Positions 26,570-35,173 are shown, numbered from the stretch's first letter. The stretch: DNA of 64,000 nucleotides from Frankiaceae bacterium (GCA_016650445.1 JAENVS010000002.1:10980-74979), one strand, 5' to 3'. The notes: generated from the sequence alone by a model not told the origin. Numbers and translations are program-made.

Positions 26570-26666
26570 GTCGGCGATGGTGCCCGGCCCGTCCGACAAA
26601 TTTCAGGTCAGTGCAGTCGAAAGGTGCTGGCACTAGGGTCGGAGCGACATCGAGCGAGGAGTGCAG

Positions 26667-26879
26667 ATGGCCGAGGTACGCGCCGAAATGGTCGCGAACG
26701 TCTGGAAGGTCGTGGTCGCCGAAGGGGACCCTGTCGCCGACGGGGACACCCTGGTCATCCTCGAGTCGATGAAGATGGAGATCCCGGTGCTGGCGGAGGG
26801 CGACGGGACCGTCTCCACGCTCGCCGTGAGCGAGGGCGACGTCGTCCAGGAAGGCGACGTGATCGCGGTCATCTCGTGA
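26667..26879 (+). CDS. Small biotin/lipoyl-attachment domain protein (TB7.3-like orphan BCCP)
   Basis: 70 aa with the biotinylation motif ESMKME. GGAG lies 6 nt before ATG 26667 (GTG 26661 is an alternative start). Confidence 0.8.
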   Translation: MAEVRAEMVANVWKVVVAEGDPVADGDTLVILESMKMEIPVLAEGDGTVSTLAVSEGDVVQEGDVIAVIS

Positions 26880-26957
26880 GCGAGGTGTGACGGCAGCGCT
26901 CAGACTGACCCTTTCGGGTGGGTCAAGCCGGGGCCGTCGTACGCCGAAGAGCAGAAC

Positions 26958-28037
26958 GTGACCAACTCCATCGAGCCTTTCCTGCGCGCGCTCGTCGAGT
27001 GCGGCGGCTCCGACTTGCACTGCAAGGTCGGGTCCCCGCCCCGGGTGCGCATCGACGGCCGGCTGCGCAAGCTGCAGACGCGTGACCTGAGCGCGGCGGA
27101 CACCTCGCAGATGGTCAGCGAGGTGCTGCGCGAGGACCTCGTCGAGGAGTTCCATAAGTCCAACGAGGCCGACTTCGCCTACTCGCTGTCCGGCGTCGGC
27201 CGCTTCCGCGTCAACGCCTTCCGCTCCCGCGGGTCCTGCGGACTGGTCTTCCGGCGCGTCAGCGTGGGTGCCATCCCGCTGCAGGACCTGGGCCTGCCGG
27301 CGGTACTCGCCTCGCTCGCCATGGAGCCCCGAGGTCTGGTCCTCGTCACCGGCCCGACCGGGTCCGGGAAGACGACGACGCTGGCCGGCATGATCGACCA
27401 CATCAACAGCAACAAAGAGGTCCACGTCGTCACGATCGAGGACCCGATCGAGGTCCTGCACTTCGACAAGATGGCGATGATCAACCAGCGCGAGGTCCGC
27501 GTCGACACCGAGGACTTCGTGACAGCGATGCGCGCCGCCATGCGGCAGGACCCCGACGTCATCCTCGTCGGTGAGATGCGCGACCACGAGACCGTGAAGG
27601 CGGGACTGGCCGCGGCCGAGACCGGCCACTTCGTCATGTCGACGCTGCACACGACCGACGCGGCCGAGACCGTCAACCGCATCATCGACTTCTTCCCGCC
27701 GCACGAGCAGAAGCAGATCCGGCTCGCGCTCGCCGGCGCCCTGCGCGGCATCATCTGCCAGCGCCTCGTGCCGCGGGCCGATGGCGAGGGCCGCTGCGTG
27801 GTCATGGAGATCGCGGTCAACACCGGCCGTATCGCCGACGCGATCGCCGACCCCGACAAGACCTCGTCGCTGCCGCAGCTGATCGCCGAGGGCGGCTACT
27901 ACGGCATGCAGACCTTCGACCAGCACCTGGTCACGTTCATCCGCGACGGCGTCATCACGCTCGAGGCCGCGATGGCCGCCAGCACGAGCCCGCACGACCT
28001 CACCGTCGAGCTGCGCCGCCTCGGCCTCGTCGCCTGA
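26958..28037 (+). CDS. pilT: PilT-family type IV pilus retraction-type ATPase
   Basis: Walker A GPTGSGKTTT, Asp box IEDPIE, Walker B DVILVGEMRD, His box TGHFVMSTLHT. Confidence 0.85.
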   Translation: MTNSIEPFLRALVECGGSDLHCKVGSPPRVRIDGRLRKLQTRDLSAADTSQMVSEVLREDLVEEFHKSNEADFAYSLSGVGRFRVNAFRSRGSCGLVFRRVSVGAIPLQDLGLPAVLASLAMEPRGLVLVTGPTGSGKTTTLAGMIDHINSNKEVHVVTIEDPIEVLHFDKMAMINQREVRVDTEDFVTAMRAAMRQDPDVILVGEMRDHETVKAGLAAAETGHFVMSTLHTTDAAETVNRIIDFFPPHEQKQIRLALAGALRGIICQRLVPRADGEGRCVVMEIAVNTGRIADAIADPDKTSSLPQLIAEGGYYGMQTFDQHLVTFIRDGVITLEAAMAASTSPHDLTVELRRLGLVA

Positions 28038-28150
28038 CACCTGCCCGCCTCGTCATCTCGGAGATGCCGGGCTGACACGCCGGCGAGTCGGCCCGGTTGC
28101 TCCGAGACCAGTCACCGGCGATGGGCTGAAGGTTTCCCGGCGACCTGCCG

Positions 28151-28984
28151 ATGACTCGGGGCATGCGCCACGCACCGGTCGCTGACTCGTCCGGGTCCTC
28201 GCCTGAGGTCCGGATCGCTGCCGTCATGGTGGGCGCCGGCGCGGTGCTCGGCGTGCTGCTCCTCGTCGCCGGCGGCATGCTCTTCACGGTTGACCCGGGG
28301 TTTCTGTTCGCCGTGCTGCCCGTCATCATCGGCGCCGTTCTCGTCGCCGGGTTCCAGCTGCTCACCGTGTCGGTGTCGCTGTCCCGCCAGCTGCTGAAGC
28401 ACCAGCCCGGAGCACGGCTGCAGGCCGCGGTCATCGGTGGCTGCGTCATGCTCTCCGGTCTGGTCGGCTGCACCATCGCGCCACTGATGGGCCTGCCGAT
28501 CGCCGTCTACGGCGCCGTTCTGTTCTGGCTCATGACGACTTCCGCAGCATCCCGCGATCTCGGTCCGTGGGTTGTCGTCAGGGCGCCGCGCAATCGATCG
28601 CAGCAGATGCCGCGTTGGGTGCCGCGCTCGTGGCGGCCGGCGCCGACACCTACCGAGCAGCCGCCCTCCTTCTTCACCGGGTCGCAGCCGCTACCGGGCG
28701 GCCAGCCGCCGTTCTTCACCGGCGCGGGTCCGGGAGCGAAGCGGCAGCGACCCGCGACCTGGATGGAGCTCTGGCAGGAGGGCCTCGGTCGAATCCCGCT
28801 TGCGGATCTCGTCGCGGTGGTGATCGGTCTCGTCGCTTTCGTCGTCGGCGACGTGCTGATGTTCATGACGCTCGTCGGTGCTCACCACGGCGGCCTCCCG
28901 GTGGCGCTGCTCCTCATCGGAGCAGCCATCGCGATCCACGTCGTGCTCGAGCGGCGGATGCTCGCGCGCCTCGGCTACGCCTGA
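28151..28984 (+). CDS. Polytopic membrane protein, unknown function
   Basis: About six hydrophobic helices split by a Pro/Gln-rich loop (PPSFFTGSQPLPGGQPPFFTG). GC3-rich. Confidence 0.55.
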   Translation: MTRGMRHAPVADSSGSSPEVRIAAVMVGAGAVLGVLLLVAGGMLFTVDPGFLFAVLPVIIGAVLVAGFQLLTVSVSLSRQLLKHQPGARLQAAVIGGCVMLSGLVGCTIAPLMGLPIAVYGAVLFWLMTTSAASRDLGPWVVVRAPRNRSQQMPRWVPRSWRPAPTPTEQPPSFFTGSQPLPGGQPPFFTGAGPGAKRQRPATWMELWQEGLGRIPLADLVAVVIGLVAFVVGDVLMFMTLVGAHHGGLPVALLLIGAAIAIHVVLERRMLARLGYA

Positions 28985-29195
28985 GTTCGGCAGCAAGCAC
29001 GGATGAGGGGCGCAAACGACGGCGCCGCGCGTGATCGGCGTGCGCACCGCACGTGTATGACGTGAGCGTGCCGTGCGCACGGCGATCTTGGAACCAGCCG
29101 CGCAGGGCGGCGACCGCGCCTCACCTCGGTCGGGCTGGTCTCCGTTCCGGAGGTCTCCTCACGCACCATCGATCCGAGCCCGCTGCCGAACCCAG

Positions 29196-29687
29196 CTACA
29201 TCTGAAGGTCGAGGCGGTAGCCGAGCAGGGTGACGCCCGGCACCGGTTCCCAGTCGTCGGACGGCGTTCGGACGAAGCCGATGCGCTCGTACAGCCGGTG
29301 CGCCACGGTCATCGTGGGCTCCGTCGACAGCCGGATGCGCGTGCAACGGTCGGCGCGCGCGACGTCGACGCAGGCGCGGACCAGGGCTTCGCCGGTGCCG
29401 GCGCCACGAACATCGGGGTGGACAGCCAACATCCGGATGACGGCTTCAGCGGGCTCGGCCGCTTCGGCCCAGTCACTTCCGTACGGCGCGAGCGTGACCG
29501 CTCCGACGACCCGGCCGTCGAGGACCGCGACCAGCACGTGCGCGGCTGCATCGCGGCCGGCGACGTCGCGCAGTCGGGGCTCGTACTCCGGTGACCCGTA
29601 GCCCTCGTCCAGGTAGACCCGGGCCGTCAGCTCGGCGACGGCGGCGTAGTCCTCCGGCCGGACGGCGCGGATCTGCGGTGTGCCCAC
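29196..29687 (-). CDS. GNAT-family N-acetyltransferase
   Basis: Acetyl-CoA binding motif VHPDVRGAGTGEALVRA and a typical GNAT length. Confidence 0.75.
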   Translation of the reverse strand: MGTPQIRAVRPEDYAAVAELTARVYLDEGYGSPEYEPRLRDVAGRDAAAHVLVAVLDGRVVGAVTLAPYGSDWAEAAEPAEAVIRMLAVHPDVRGAGTGEALVRACVDVARADRCTRIRLSTEPTMTVAHRLYERIGFVRTPSDDWEPVPGVTLLGYRLDLQM

Positions 29688-29761
29688 GCCATCGTGTCTA
29701 CCTCAGAGCGAACGAGAGCGATGTCATGGTCGTGCCGGGCTGCGCGGGGTATGCGGAAGAC

Positions 29762-29863
29762 ATGTTCTTCTTCTTCTCCAACCGGCTGGGCTGTCTGCCG
29801 AGCCTGCTGCTGTCCGCCGCCGTGACCCTGGTCCTGCTGTTCCTGCTCGGCGTCATCCGCTGA
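29762..29863 (+). CDS. Possible 33-aa hydrophobic peptide
   Basis: MFFFFSNRLGCLPSLLLSAAVTLVLLFLLGVIR, with GGAAGA just upstream of the ATG. The 3' end overlaps the convergent tauE-like gene by 11 nt. Weak support. Confidence 0.35.
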   Translation: MFFFFSNRLGCLPSLLLSAAVTLVLLFLLGVIR

Positions 29864-30569
29864 CGATGCTGCGGAGCAGGACCACGAGGCCGCCGACCCC
29901 CGCCAGCGACAGCGTCAGCCGCCGGGCGGCCGGTTCCGAGACTCGCTGAGCCACCACCGCGCCCAGAGGCAGGCCGACGGCGAGAGCCGCCACGCAGCCG
30001 GCGAGCAGCGCACCGGCGACATGGGGGAAGCCGAGGCTGACGAGCGCGACGACGTTGAGCCCGACGAAGTAGATCTGCGCCGTGGAGCGCATCGCCGTGG
30101 CCGGCCAGTCCGCGTTGCCGGCGTACAGCGCGATCGCGGGACCGCCGATCCCGGCCGCCACGTTCATCACCGCGCTGACGATGCCGGCGAGCACGGCGCC
30201 GGCACGACCCCGAGCCGCGCGCCACCGGAGCCCGATGGCCAGTGCCGCCGCGGCCACGACCGCCGACGCACCGGCGAGACCTTCCGCGAGCCGGTCCGGT
30301 GCCGACCGCAGCAGCCGCGCGGCGAGCGGTGTCGCGAGCGCTGCCGGGGCGAGGAGGAGCAGCGCCGTTCGCAGCTCGGCGTCGCGCCAGGTCCGGGCCA
30401 GCATCGCGGAGTTGACGACCAGCGACAGCACCACCGCCAGTCGGACGCCGTCGTCGGGCCCGAGGGCCGCGACGAGCAGCGGTCCGCACACCAGCACGAA
30501 GCCGATGCCGCTCAGTGACTGCGCCACCGCCCCCACCAGCACGGCCAGCGCCGTGAGGACTCCCGTCAC
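29853..30569 (-). CDS. TauE/SafE-family sulfite/anion exporter
   Basis: Seven to eight TM helices. The GTG at 30569 overlaps the tag stop (GTGA), so it is preferred over the longer ORF start at 30644. Confidence 0.7.
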   Translation of the reverse strand: MTGVLTALAVLVGAVAQSLSGIGFVLVCGPLLVAALGPDDGVRLAVVLSLVVNSAMLARTWRDAELRTALLLLAPAALATPLAARLLRSAPDRLAEGLAGASAVVAAAALAIGLRWRAARGRAGAVLAGIVSAVMNVAAGIGGPAIALYAGNADWPATAMRSTAQIYFVGLNVVALVSLGFPHVAGALLAGCVAALAVGLPLGAVVAQRVSEPAARRLTLSLAGVGGLVVLLRSIVSG

Positions 30570-31126
30570 CACGCGCGGACGCGCTCCGCTTCGACGTCCA
30601 CCCGCACGGGACACGTCGTGAGGTGGTCGTTCACCAGCCCGCACGCCTGCATGAGCGAGTAGACCGTGGTGGGTCCGACGAAGGTGAAGCCCGCCTTCTT
30701 CAGCCGCTTGGCGAGGTCGGCGGACGCAGGTGTCGTGGGTGGCACCTCAGCCCAGCCCCGGTACGCCGGCGACGGCAGTGCCGCGGCGTTCCACAGCAGC
30801 TCCGGGAGCCCGCCCGACGCTCGTAGCGCGACCGTGGCGCGGGCGTTGCGCACGCACGCCTCGAGCTTGGCCCGCGAGCGGATCAGCCGGGCGTCGGTCA
30901 GCAGGTGGTCGATGCTGTCGTACTCCGCGACCTTGTCGGGGTCGAAGCCGTCGAAGACCTCGCGGAACGCTTCTCGCTTGCGCAGCACGGTGATCCACGA
31001 CAGGCCGGCCTGCATGCCCTCCAGACAGAGCTTCTCGTAGAGCGCCTGCTCGCTGCGCCGCGGCCGCCCCCACTCCGTGTCGTGGTACCGCTCGTAAAGC
31101 GGGTCACCCGCACCGAAGCAGCGCAC
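30566..31126 (-). CDS. tag: DNA-3-methyladenine glycosylase I
   Basis: Colinear with E. coli Tag from memory (RC.W...DPLY..YHD.EWG, CLEG.QAGLSWITVL.KRE, GFKFVGPT..YSFMQA.G.VNDH). Confidence 0.9.
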   Translation of the reverse strand: MRCFGAGDPLYERYHDTEWGRPRRSEQALYEKLCLEGMQAGLSWITVLRKREAFREVFDGFDPDKVAEYDSIDHLLTDARLIRSRAKLEACVRNARATVALRASGGLPELLWNAAALPSPAYRGWAEVPPTTPASADLAKRLKKAGFTFVGPTTVYSLMQACGLVNDHLTTCPVRVDVEAERVRAW

Positions 31127-31241
31127 TGGGCGATCCTCGCAGCGGTCGACTGTGGCGAAGACGACAGGTGTCTCGACGCCGACTCCTGGATTGCCGCGAC
31201 GAACCCGGGGAAGCCTGCAGGTAACGGACCCGGGAGGCGCT

Positions 31242-31562
31242 GTGCACGTGACCTGGCCAGACGAGCAGGCGTTCCACGCGGCCGACCCGCGCCGTCGGCA
31301 GTCCGCCGAGGTCGACCTCGGGGCCACGTGGCGCTACGCGGACGCCCCCGACGCCCACCGGGTCGCCTGGCTCCAAGACACCGGTGAGCTCTACGTCTGC
31401 AAGGCGGACGGGTACGACGGTTCGTGCACGGACGTCTCGGTCCTGGCCGTGGTCCGCGACGAGGACCTGATGGACACGCTGCTGTTCGGCTGGCGAGACG
31501 CCCGCCTGGCGCCGGACGGCCTCGACTGGTTGCTCAGCCGGCTCGAGCTCGTCGCCGCCTGA
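31242..31562 (+). CDS. Conserved hypothetical protein
   Basis: GGGAGG lies 4 nt before the GTG. GC3-rich 106-aa ORF. No family recognised. Confidence 0.5.
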   Translation: MHVTWPDEQAFHAADPRRRQSAEVDLGATWRYADAPDAHRVAWLQDTGELYVCKADGYDGSCTDVSVLAVVRDEDLMDTLLFGWRDARLAPDGLDWLLSRLELVAA

Positions 31563-31592
31563 TCCGCCCGGCGGCAGCTCTAGGCTGCCGGA

Positions 31593-33053
31593 GTGTCGAC
31601 CCTCGGCGACCTGGTGCGCGCCCGCACCGATCTCGGTGACGACGACGTCGACTGGCTGCACCGGCTGGTCGCCGAGTGGCAGCTCGTCGCCGACCTGTCG
31701 TTCGCCGACCTGGTGCTCTGGGTCCATACGAACGAGGCCACCTGGCTGGCGGTCGCGCACATGCGACCGACGACCGGCCCCACGGCGTACCCGCTTGACG
31801 TCGTCGGCTCCCTGCTCGACGAGAGCCTGAGCTTCCGGGTCGAGCGCGCCTGGCGCGAGGGACGGATCGTCCGTGACGGCGAGCCGGAGTGGCGCGCGCG
31901 CACGCCGGTCCGTCAGGAGGCCGTGCCCGTCCGTCGCGGCGACCGGCTGCTGGCCGTCCTGTCCCGGGACACCAACCTGTCGGCGGCGCGGATGCCCAGC
32001 CAGCTGGAGCTGTCGTACCTGACGTCGGCGGGCGAGCTGCTCCAGATGGTCTCCGAGGGCACGTTCCCGTTCCCCGGTCCGGATCGCGAGCCCGAGCACT
32101 CCCCGCGCGTGGGGGACGGCTACCTGCGGCTCGACCGCACCGGCCACGTCGTCTACGCCAGCCCGAACGCGCTCTCGGCGTACCGCCGGCTAGGGGTCAG
32201 CGCCGACCTGATCGGAGTGCACCTGGGACGCACGATCGCCAGGCTGGCCGGGGGGAGCGGGCTCGACGAGCCGCGCGGGTCCGCCGCCCTGGCGGCCGTG
32301 CTGCGGTTCCAGGAGCCGCGCGACTCCGAGGTGGAGGCACAGGGGGCGACCGTGCTGCTGCGGGCGTTGCCGCTCGTGCCGGGGGGCGAGCCCCGAGGGG
32401 CGCTTGTGCTGATGCGCGACGTCACCGAGCTGCGGCGGCGCGACCGCCAGATCCTGGGCAAGGACGCGACGATCCGCGAGATCCACCACCGGGTGAAGAA
32501 CAACCTGCAGACCGTGGCCGCTCTCCTGCGCCTGCAGGCCCGCCGGCTGGACGAGCCGCGGGCCCGCGCCGCGCTGGAGGAGTCAGTACGCCGGGTGGCG
32601 TCGATCGCGATGGTGCACGAGACGCTGTCGCTCGCCGTCGACGAGTCGGTTCGGTTCGACGGCATCGCCGACCGCGTGCTGGCGATGTGCGCCGAGGTGG
32701 CGGCCCCGGAGTCGGAGGTCACCGTCGTACGCCGGGGTGAGTTCGGTGTCCTCGCCGCCGATGTCGCGACGCCGCTGGCGATGGTGCTCACCGAGCTGGT
32801 CCAGAACGCGGTGGAGCACGCCGCCGCCAGTCGCATCGAGGTGGAGGTGGAGCGCACCGACGACGCACTGGCCGTCGTGGTCCGCGACGACGGTCAGGGG
32901 CTGCCCGACGGCTTCACGCTCGATGCCTCGACGCGCCTCGGGCTGACGATCGTCCGGACGCTGGTCGAGGGTGAGCTGCGCGGCACGATCGACCTGGCTC
33001 CCGGCGAGCGCGGCGGCACGGCAGCGCGGCTGCGGCTCCCCCTGGCAACCTGA
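31593..33053 (+). CDS. pdtaS: Sensor histidine kinase PdtaS (GAF/PAS - HisKA_2 - HATPase)
   Basis: EIHHRVKNNLQ H-box, LTELVQNAVEHA N-box, DDGQGLP, and adjacency to whiB1 as in mycobacteria. Confidence 0.85.
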   Translation: MSTLGDLVRARTDLGDDDVDWLHRLVAEWQLVADLSFADLVLWVHTNEATWLAVAHMRPTTGPTAYPLDVVGSLLDESLSFRVERAWREGRIVRDGEPEWRARTPVRQEAVPVRRGDRLLAVLSRDTNLSAARMPSQLELSYLTSAGELLQMVSEGTFPFPGPDREPEHSPRVGDGYLRLDRTGHVVYASPNALSAYRRLGVSADLIGVHLGRTIARLAGGSGLDEPRGSAALAAVLRFQEPRDSEVEAQGATVLLRALPLVPGGEPRGALVLMRDVTELRRRDRQILGKDATIREIHHRVKNNLQTVAALLRLQARRLDEPRARAALEESVRRVASIAMVHETLSLAVDESVRFDGIADRVLAMCAEVAAPESEVTVVRRGEFGVLAADVATPLAMVLTELVQNAVEHAAASRIEVEVERTDDALAVVVRDDGQGLPDGFTLDASTRLGLTIVRTLVEGELRGTIDLAPGERGGTAARLRLPLAT

Positions 33054-33059
33054 CGGCCG

Positions 33060-33257
33060 CTACCTGAAGGCTGGGGCCGAGGACAGGCCGGGGTCCTGGT
33101 CGGTGGCGCCGGACAGGTGCTGGAACGCGTCGTACCCGAGGATCAGCACGACGACGAGCAGCGCGAGCGCCGTGACGCGGAAGCGCCACACGGCGTGCCA
33201 GCGCGGCGGCGCCTCACGCGGCACCAGGGGTGGCCGGACGTACTGCTCGCCGCTCAC
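33060..33257 (-). CDS. Small single-pass membrane protein
   Basis: 65 aa with one TM helix (VTALALLVVVLILGY). Position and codon bias support it. No family recognised. Confidence 0.45.
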   Translation of the reverse strand: MSGEQYVRPPLVPREAPPRWHAVWRFRVTALALLVVVLILGYDAFQHLSGATDQDPGLSSAPAFR

Positions 33258-33281
33258 GAAGATCGCAGCCGGACCGTCGAC

Positions 33282-33536
33282 TCAGGCGGAGCTGGAGGTT
33301 TGCAGGCGGACGCTGTGGCGCTTGAGCGCGCGCCGCTCGTCCTCGCTCGTGCCGCCCCACACGCCGGCGTCCTGACCGGTCTCGAGCGCCCACGACAGGC
33401 AGTCGTCGAGGACCGAACAGCGGTGACAGACCTGCTTGGCCTCATCCACCTGTGTCGCGGCCGGCCCGGTCGTCCCGATCGGGAAGAACAGCTCCGGGTC
33501 CTCGTTACGGCAGAGCGCGAGGTGGCGCCAGTCCAT
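33282..33536 (-). CDS. whiB1: WhiB-family [4Fe-4S] transcription factor (WhiB1/WblE-like)
   Basis: MDWRHLALC..x..C.RC.V...C with the G(V/I)WGG turn and a basic tail. Confidence 0.9.
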   Translation of the reverse strand: MDWRHLALCRNEDPELFFPIGTTGPAATQVDEAKQVCHRCSVLDDCLSWALETGQDAGVWGGTSEDERRALKRHSVRLQTSSSA

Positions 33537-33631
33537 GCGGTCCAACTCCTTCGTGGGCGACCCGGCCTGGCATGGCGGGCTGCTGGGTCCCGACAGCCGC
33601 TGCCCTCGGGGCGGCACCCTCGCGGGCACCT

Positions 33632-33647
33632 TGTGAAGCGTTTCACG
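33632..33647. promoter_or_regulatory. CRP/FNR-family (Crp/Cmr/GlxR-like) binding site upstream of whiB1
   Basis: TGTGA-agcgtt-TCACG, about 100 nt upstream of the whiB1 ATG. The whiB1 promoter is a known Crp target in M. tuberculosis. Confidence 0.55.
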
Positions 33648-33846
33648 ATCACGTTGTCAGAAGTCCGGTGGAGACCGAGCCGCTTACGCCCCGCTTCCTG
33701 AGGCGCTCAGCAACCCAAGCACCCCACCGGTCGACCTGGCAAGGGTTTCCGAACGTCATTCGGTTCGTCCCGGGTGTCGTCTTCGTCACCCGTGGCCGGG
33801 CTGTCCCCGCACCCGACCGGTTCATGCGTGGAACGCCCCGATTTGT

Positions 33847-34767
33847 TCAGACCAGGACGTCGAGCGCGCGTGGCACGGCGCGGAAGGTCACGGACGTCCG
33901 CTCGCCCAGGTCGTCGCCGTCGAGCTGGAACGGCAGCGGTGTCTGCGCCGAGATCGTGAACGCGTCGACGTCGTGCAGCGCGAGCAGGTGCTTGCCGCGG
34001 ACCTTCGGCTCCAAGGACAGGATCTGGCGCAGGTGGCGCAGGGTCGTGGCTGTGCGTAGGCGGCGCAGGCCGAAGACGTCGAGTCCGGTGTCGAAGGAGG
34101 CCTCGGGGCAGGGCAGCACCGGTCGACCGCCGAGGTAGGTCCACGGGGCGGTGTTGCAGACCAGCGCCAGGCCGAGCTGCTCCGGCTCGGCCCCTTCGCG
34201 GGTGAGCGTGAGCGGCGGCGTCTTGCGCTCCGCCGACAGGAAGAACTCGCGCAGCGCCTCGGTGACGAACAACGTGGGGGTGGCCTTGCGTCCCTTGGCC
34301 CGGCGACGGTCGGTACGGCGTACGACGGCGGCGTCGAGCCCGAGCCCGGCGCAGAAGGTGAACCACCGGTCGTCGGCGAGGGCGAGCCCAAGCGTGCGTC
34401 GGCGGTTGATGCGCAGTGCCTCGAGGAGATCACCCGTGGCTTCGACGGGCGACTCCGGCAGGCCGAGCGCACGCGCGAACACGTTGGTGCTGCCGCCCGG
34501 GACGACAGCCAGGGCCGGTACGCCGGGACCCGGACCGTTGGTCAGCAGGCCGTTGACGACCTCGTTGACGGTGCCGTCGCCGCCGAGAGCGACGACGAGG
34601 TCGAGACCGTCGGCGGCAGCTTGCCGGGCCAGCTGCATCGCATGGCCGCGGGCGGTGGTGTGGACGACGTCGAGCTTCGTCTCGCTGGCCAGTGCATGCG
34701 CGAGGACGTCGCGGGCCCGCTCGGTGGTGGCTGTGGCCTTGGGGTTGACGACCAGCAGCGCGCGCAT
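33847..34767 (-). CDS. Diacylglycerol kinase-family lipid kinase
   Basis: ATG 34767 gives MRALLVVNPKA. Also has the GGDGTVNEV motif and PGGSTN. Confidence 0.8.
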   Translation of the reverse strand: MRALLVVNPKATATTERARDVLAHALASETKLDVVHTTARGHAMQLARQAAADGLDLVVALGGDGTVNEVVNGLLTNGPGPGVPALAVVPGGSTNVFARALGLPESPVEATGDLLEALRINRRRTLGLALADDRWFTFCAGLGLDAAVVRRTDRRRAKGRKATPTLFVTEALREFFLSAERKTPPLTLTREGAEPEQLGLALVCNTAPWTYLGGRPVLPCPEASFDTGLDVFGLRRLRTATTLRHLRQILSLEPKVRGKHLLALHDVDAFTISAQTPLPFQLDGDDLGERTSVTFRAVPRALDVLV

Positions 34768-34801
34768 GGGCACCAGCGTATCCGCGGCTAACCTCATCGC
34801 C

Positions 34802-35173
34802 GTGGAGCGTGCGACCCCCGTAGTGCGCCGTGCAGCGGTGCTCCTGGCCGTCGAGGGCGTCGCCCTCATCGTGCTTGGCGGCGTCGACGCTGTGGCCACG
34901 ACCATCGGCTCACCGGCGCGGCGCGGCTTCTCCTACGGCCAGGCCGCTCTCGCCGTCGCTGCCGGCGTCGTCCTGCTCGTGCTGGCCCGTGCGATCGACG
35001 GTCGCCGCGGTTGGGCCCGGTCGCCCGCGATCGTGCTGCAGCTGCTGGCTGTGCCGGTCGGGATCGGCCTGCTGCAGGGCGGGGTGTGGGCGGCCGGGGT
35101 GCCGGTGCTGCTGCTCGCCGGCGTGACGATGGTGCTGGTGCTGGCGGGCGGCGCCGACGCCGAGGCGACCTGA
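34802..35173 (+). CDS. Integral membrane protein (4 TM), unknown function
   Basis: GTG start, divergent from the kinase gene. Four hydrophobic helices. Confidence 0.5.
   Translation: MERATPVVRRAAVLLAVEGVALIVLGGVDAVATTIGSPARRGFSYGQAALAVAAGVVLLVLARAIDGRRGWARSPAIVLQLLAVPVGIGLLQGGVWAAGVPVLLLAGVTMVLVLAGGADAEAT

Larger units (their letters stand above)
25140..26650 (-). mobile_element. Solo tnpB element (IS200/IS605-family, IS1341-like, no tnpA); boundaries approximate
   Basis: A TnpB gene sits alone between two conserved housekeeping genes, with only about 50 nt and 100 nt of flank. There is a subterminal hairpin at 26610-26634 on the 5' side and hairpins at 25158-25176, 25205-25229 and 25279-25294 on the 3' side. 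Confidence 0.55.
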
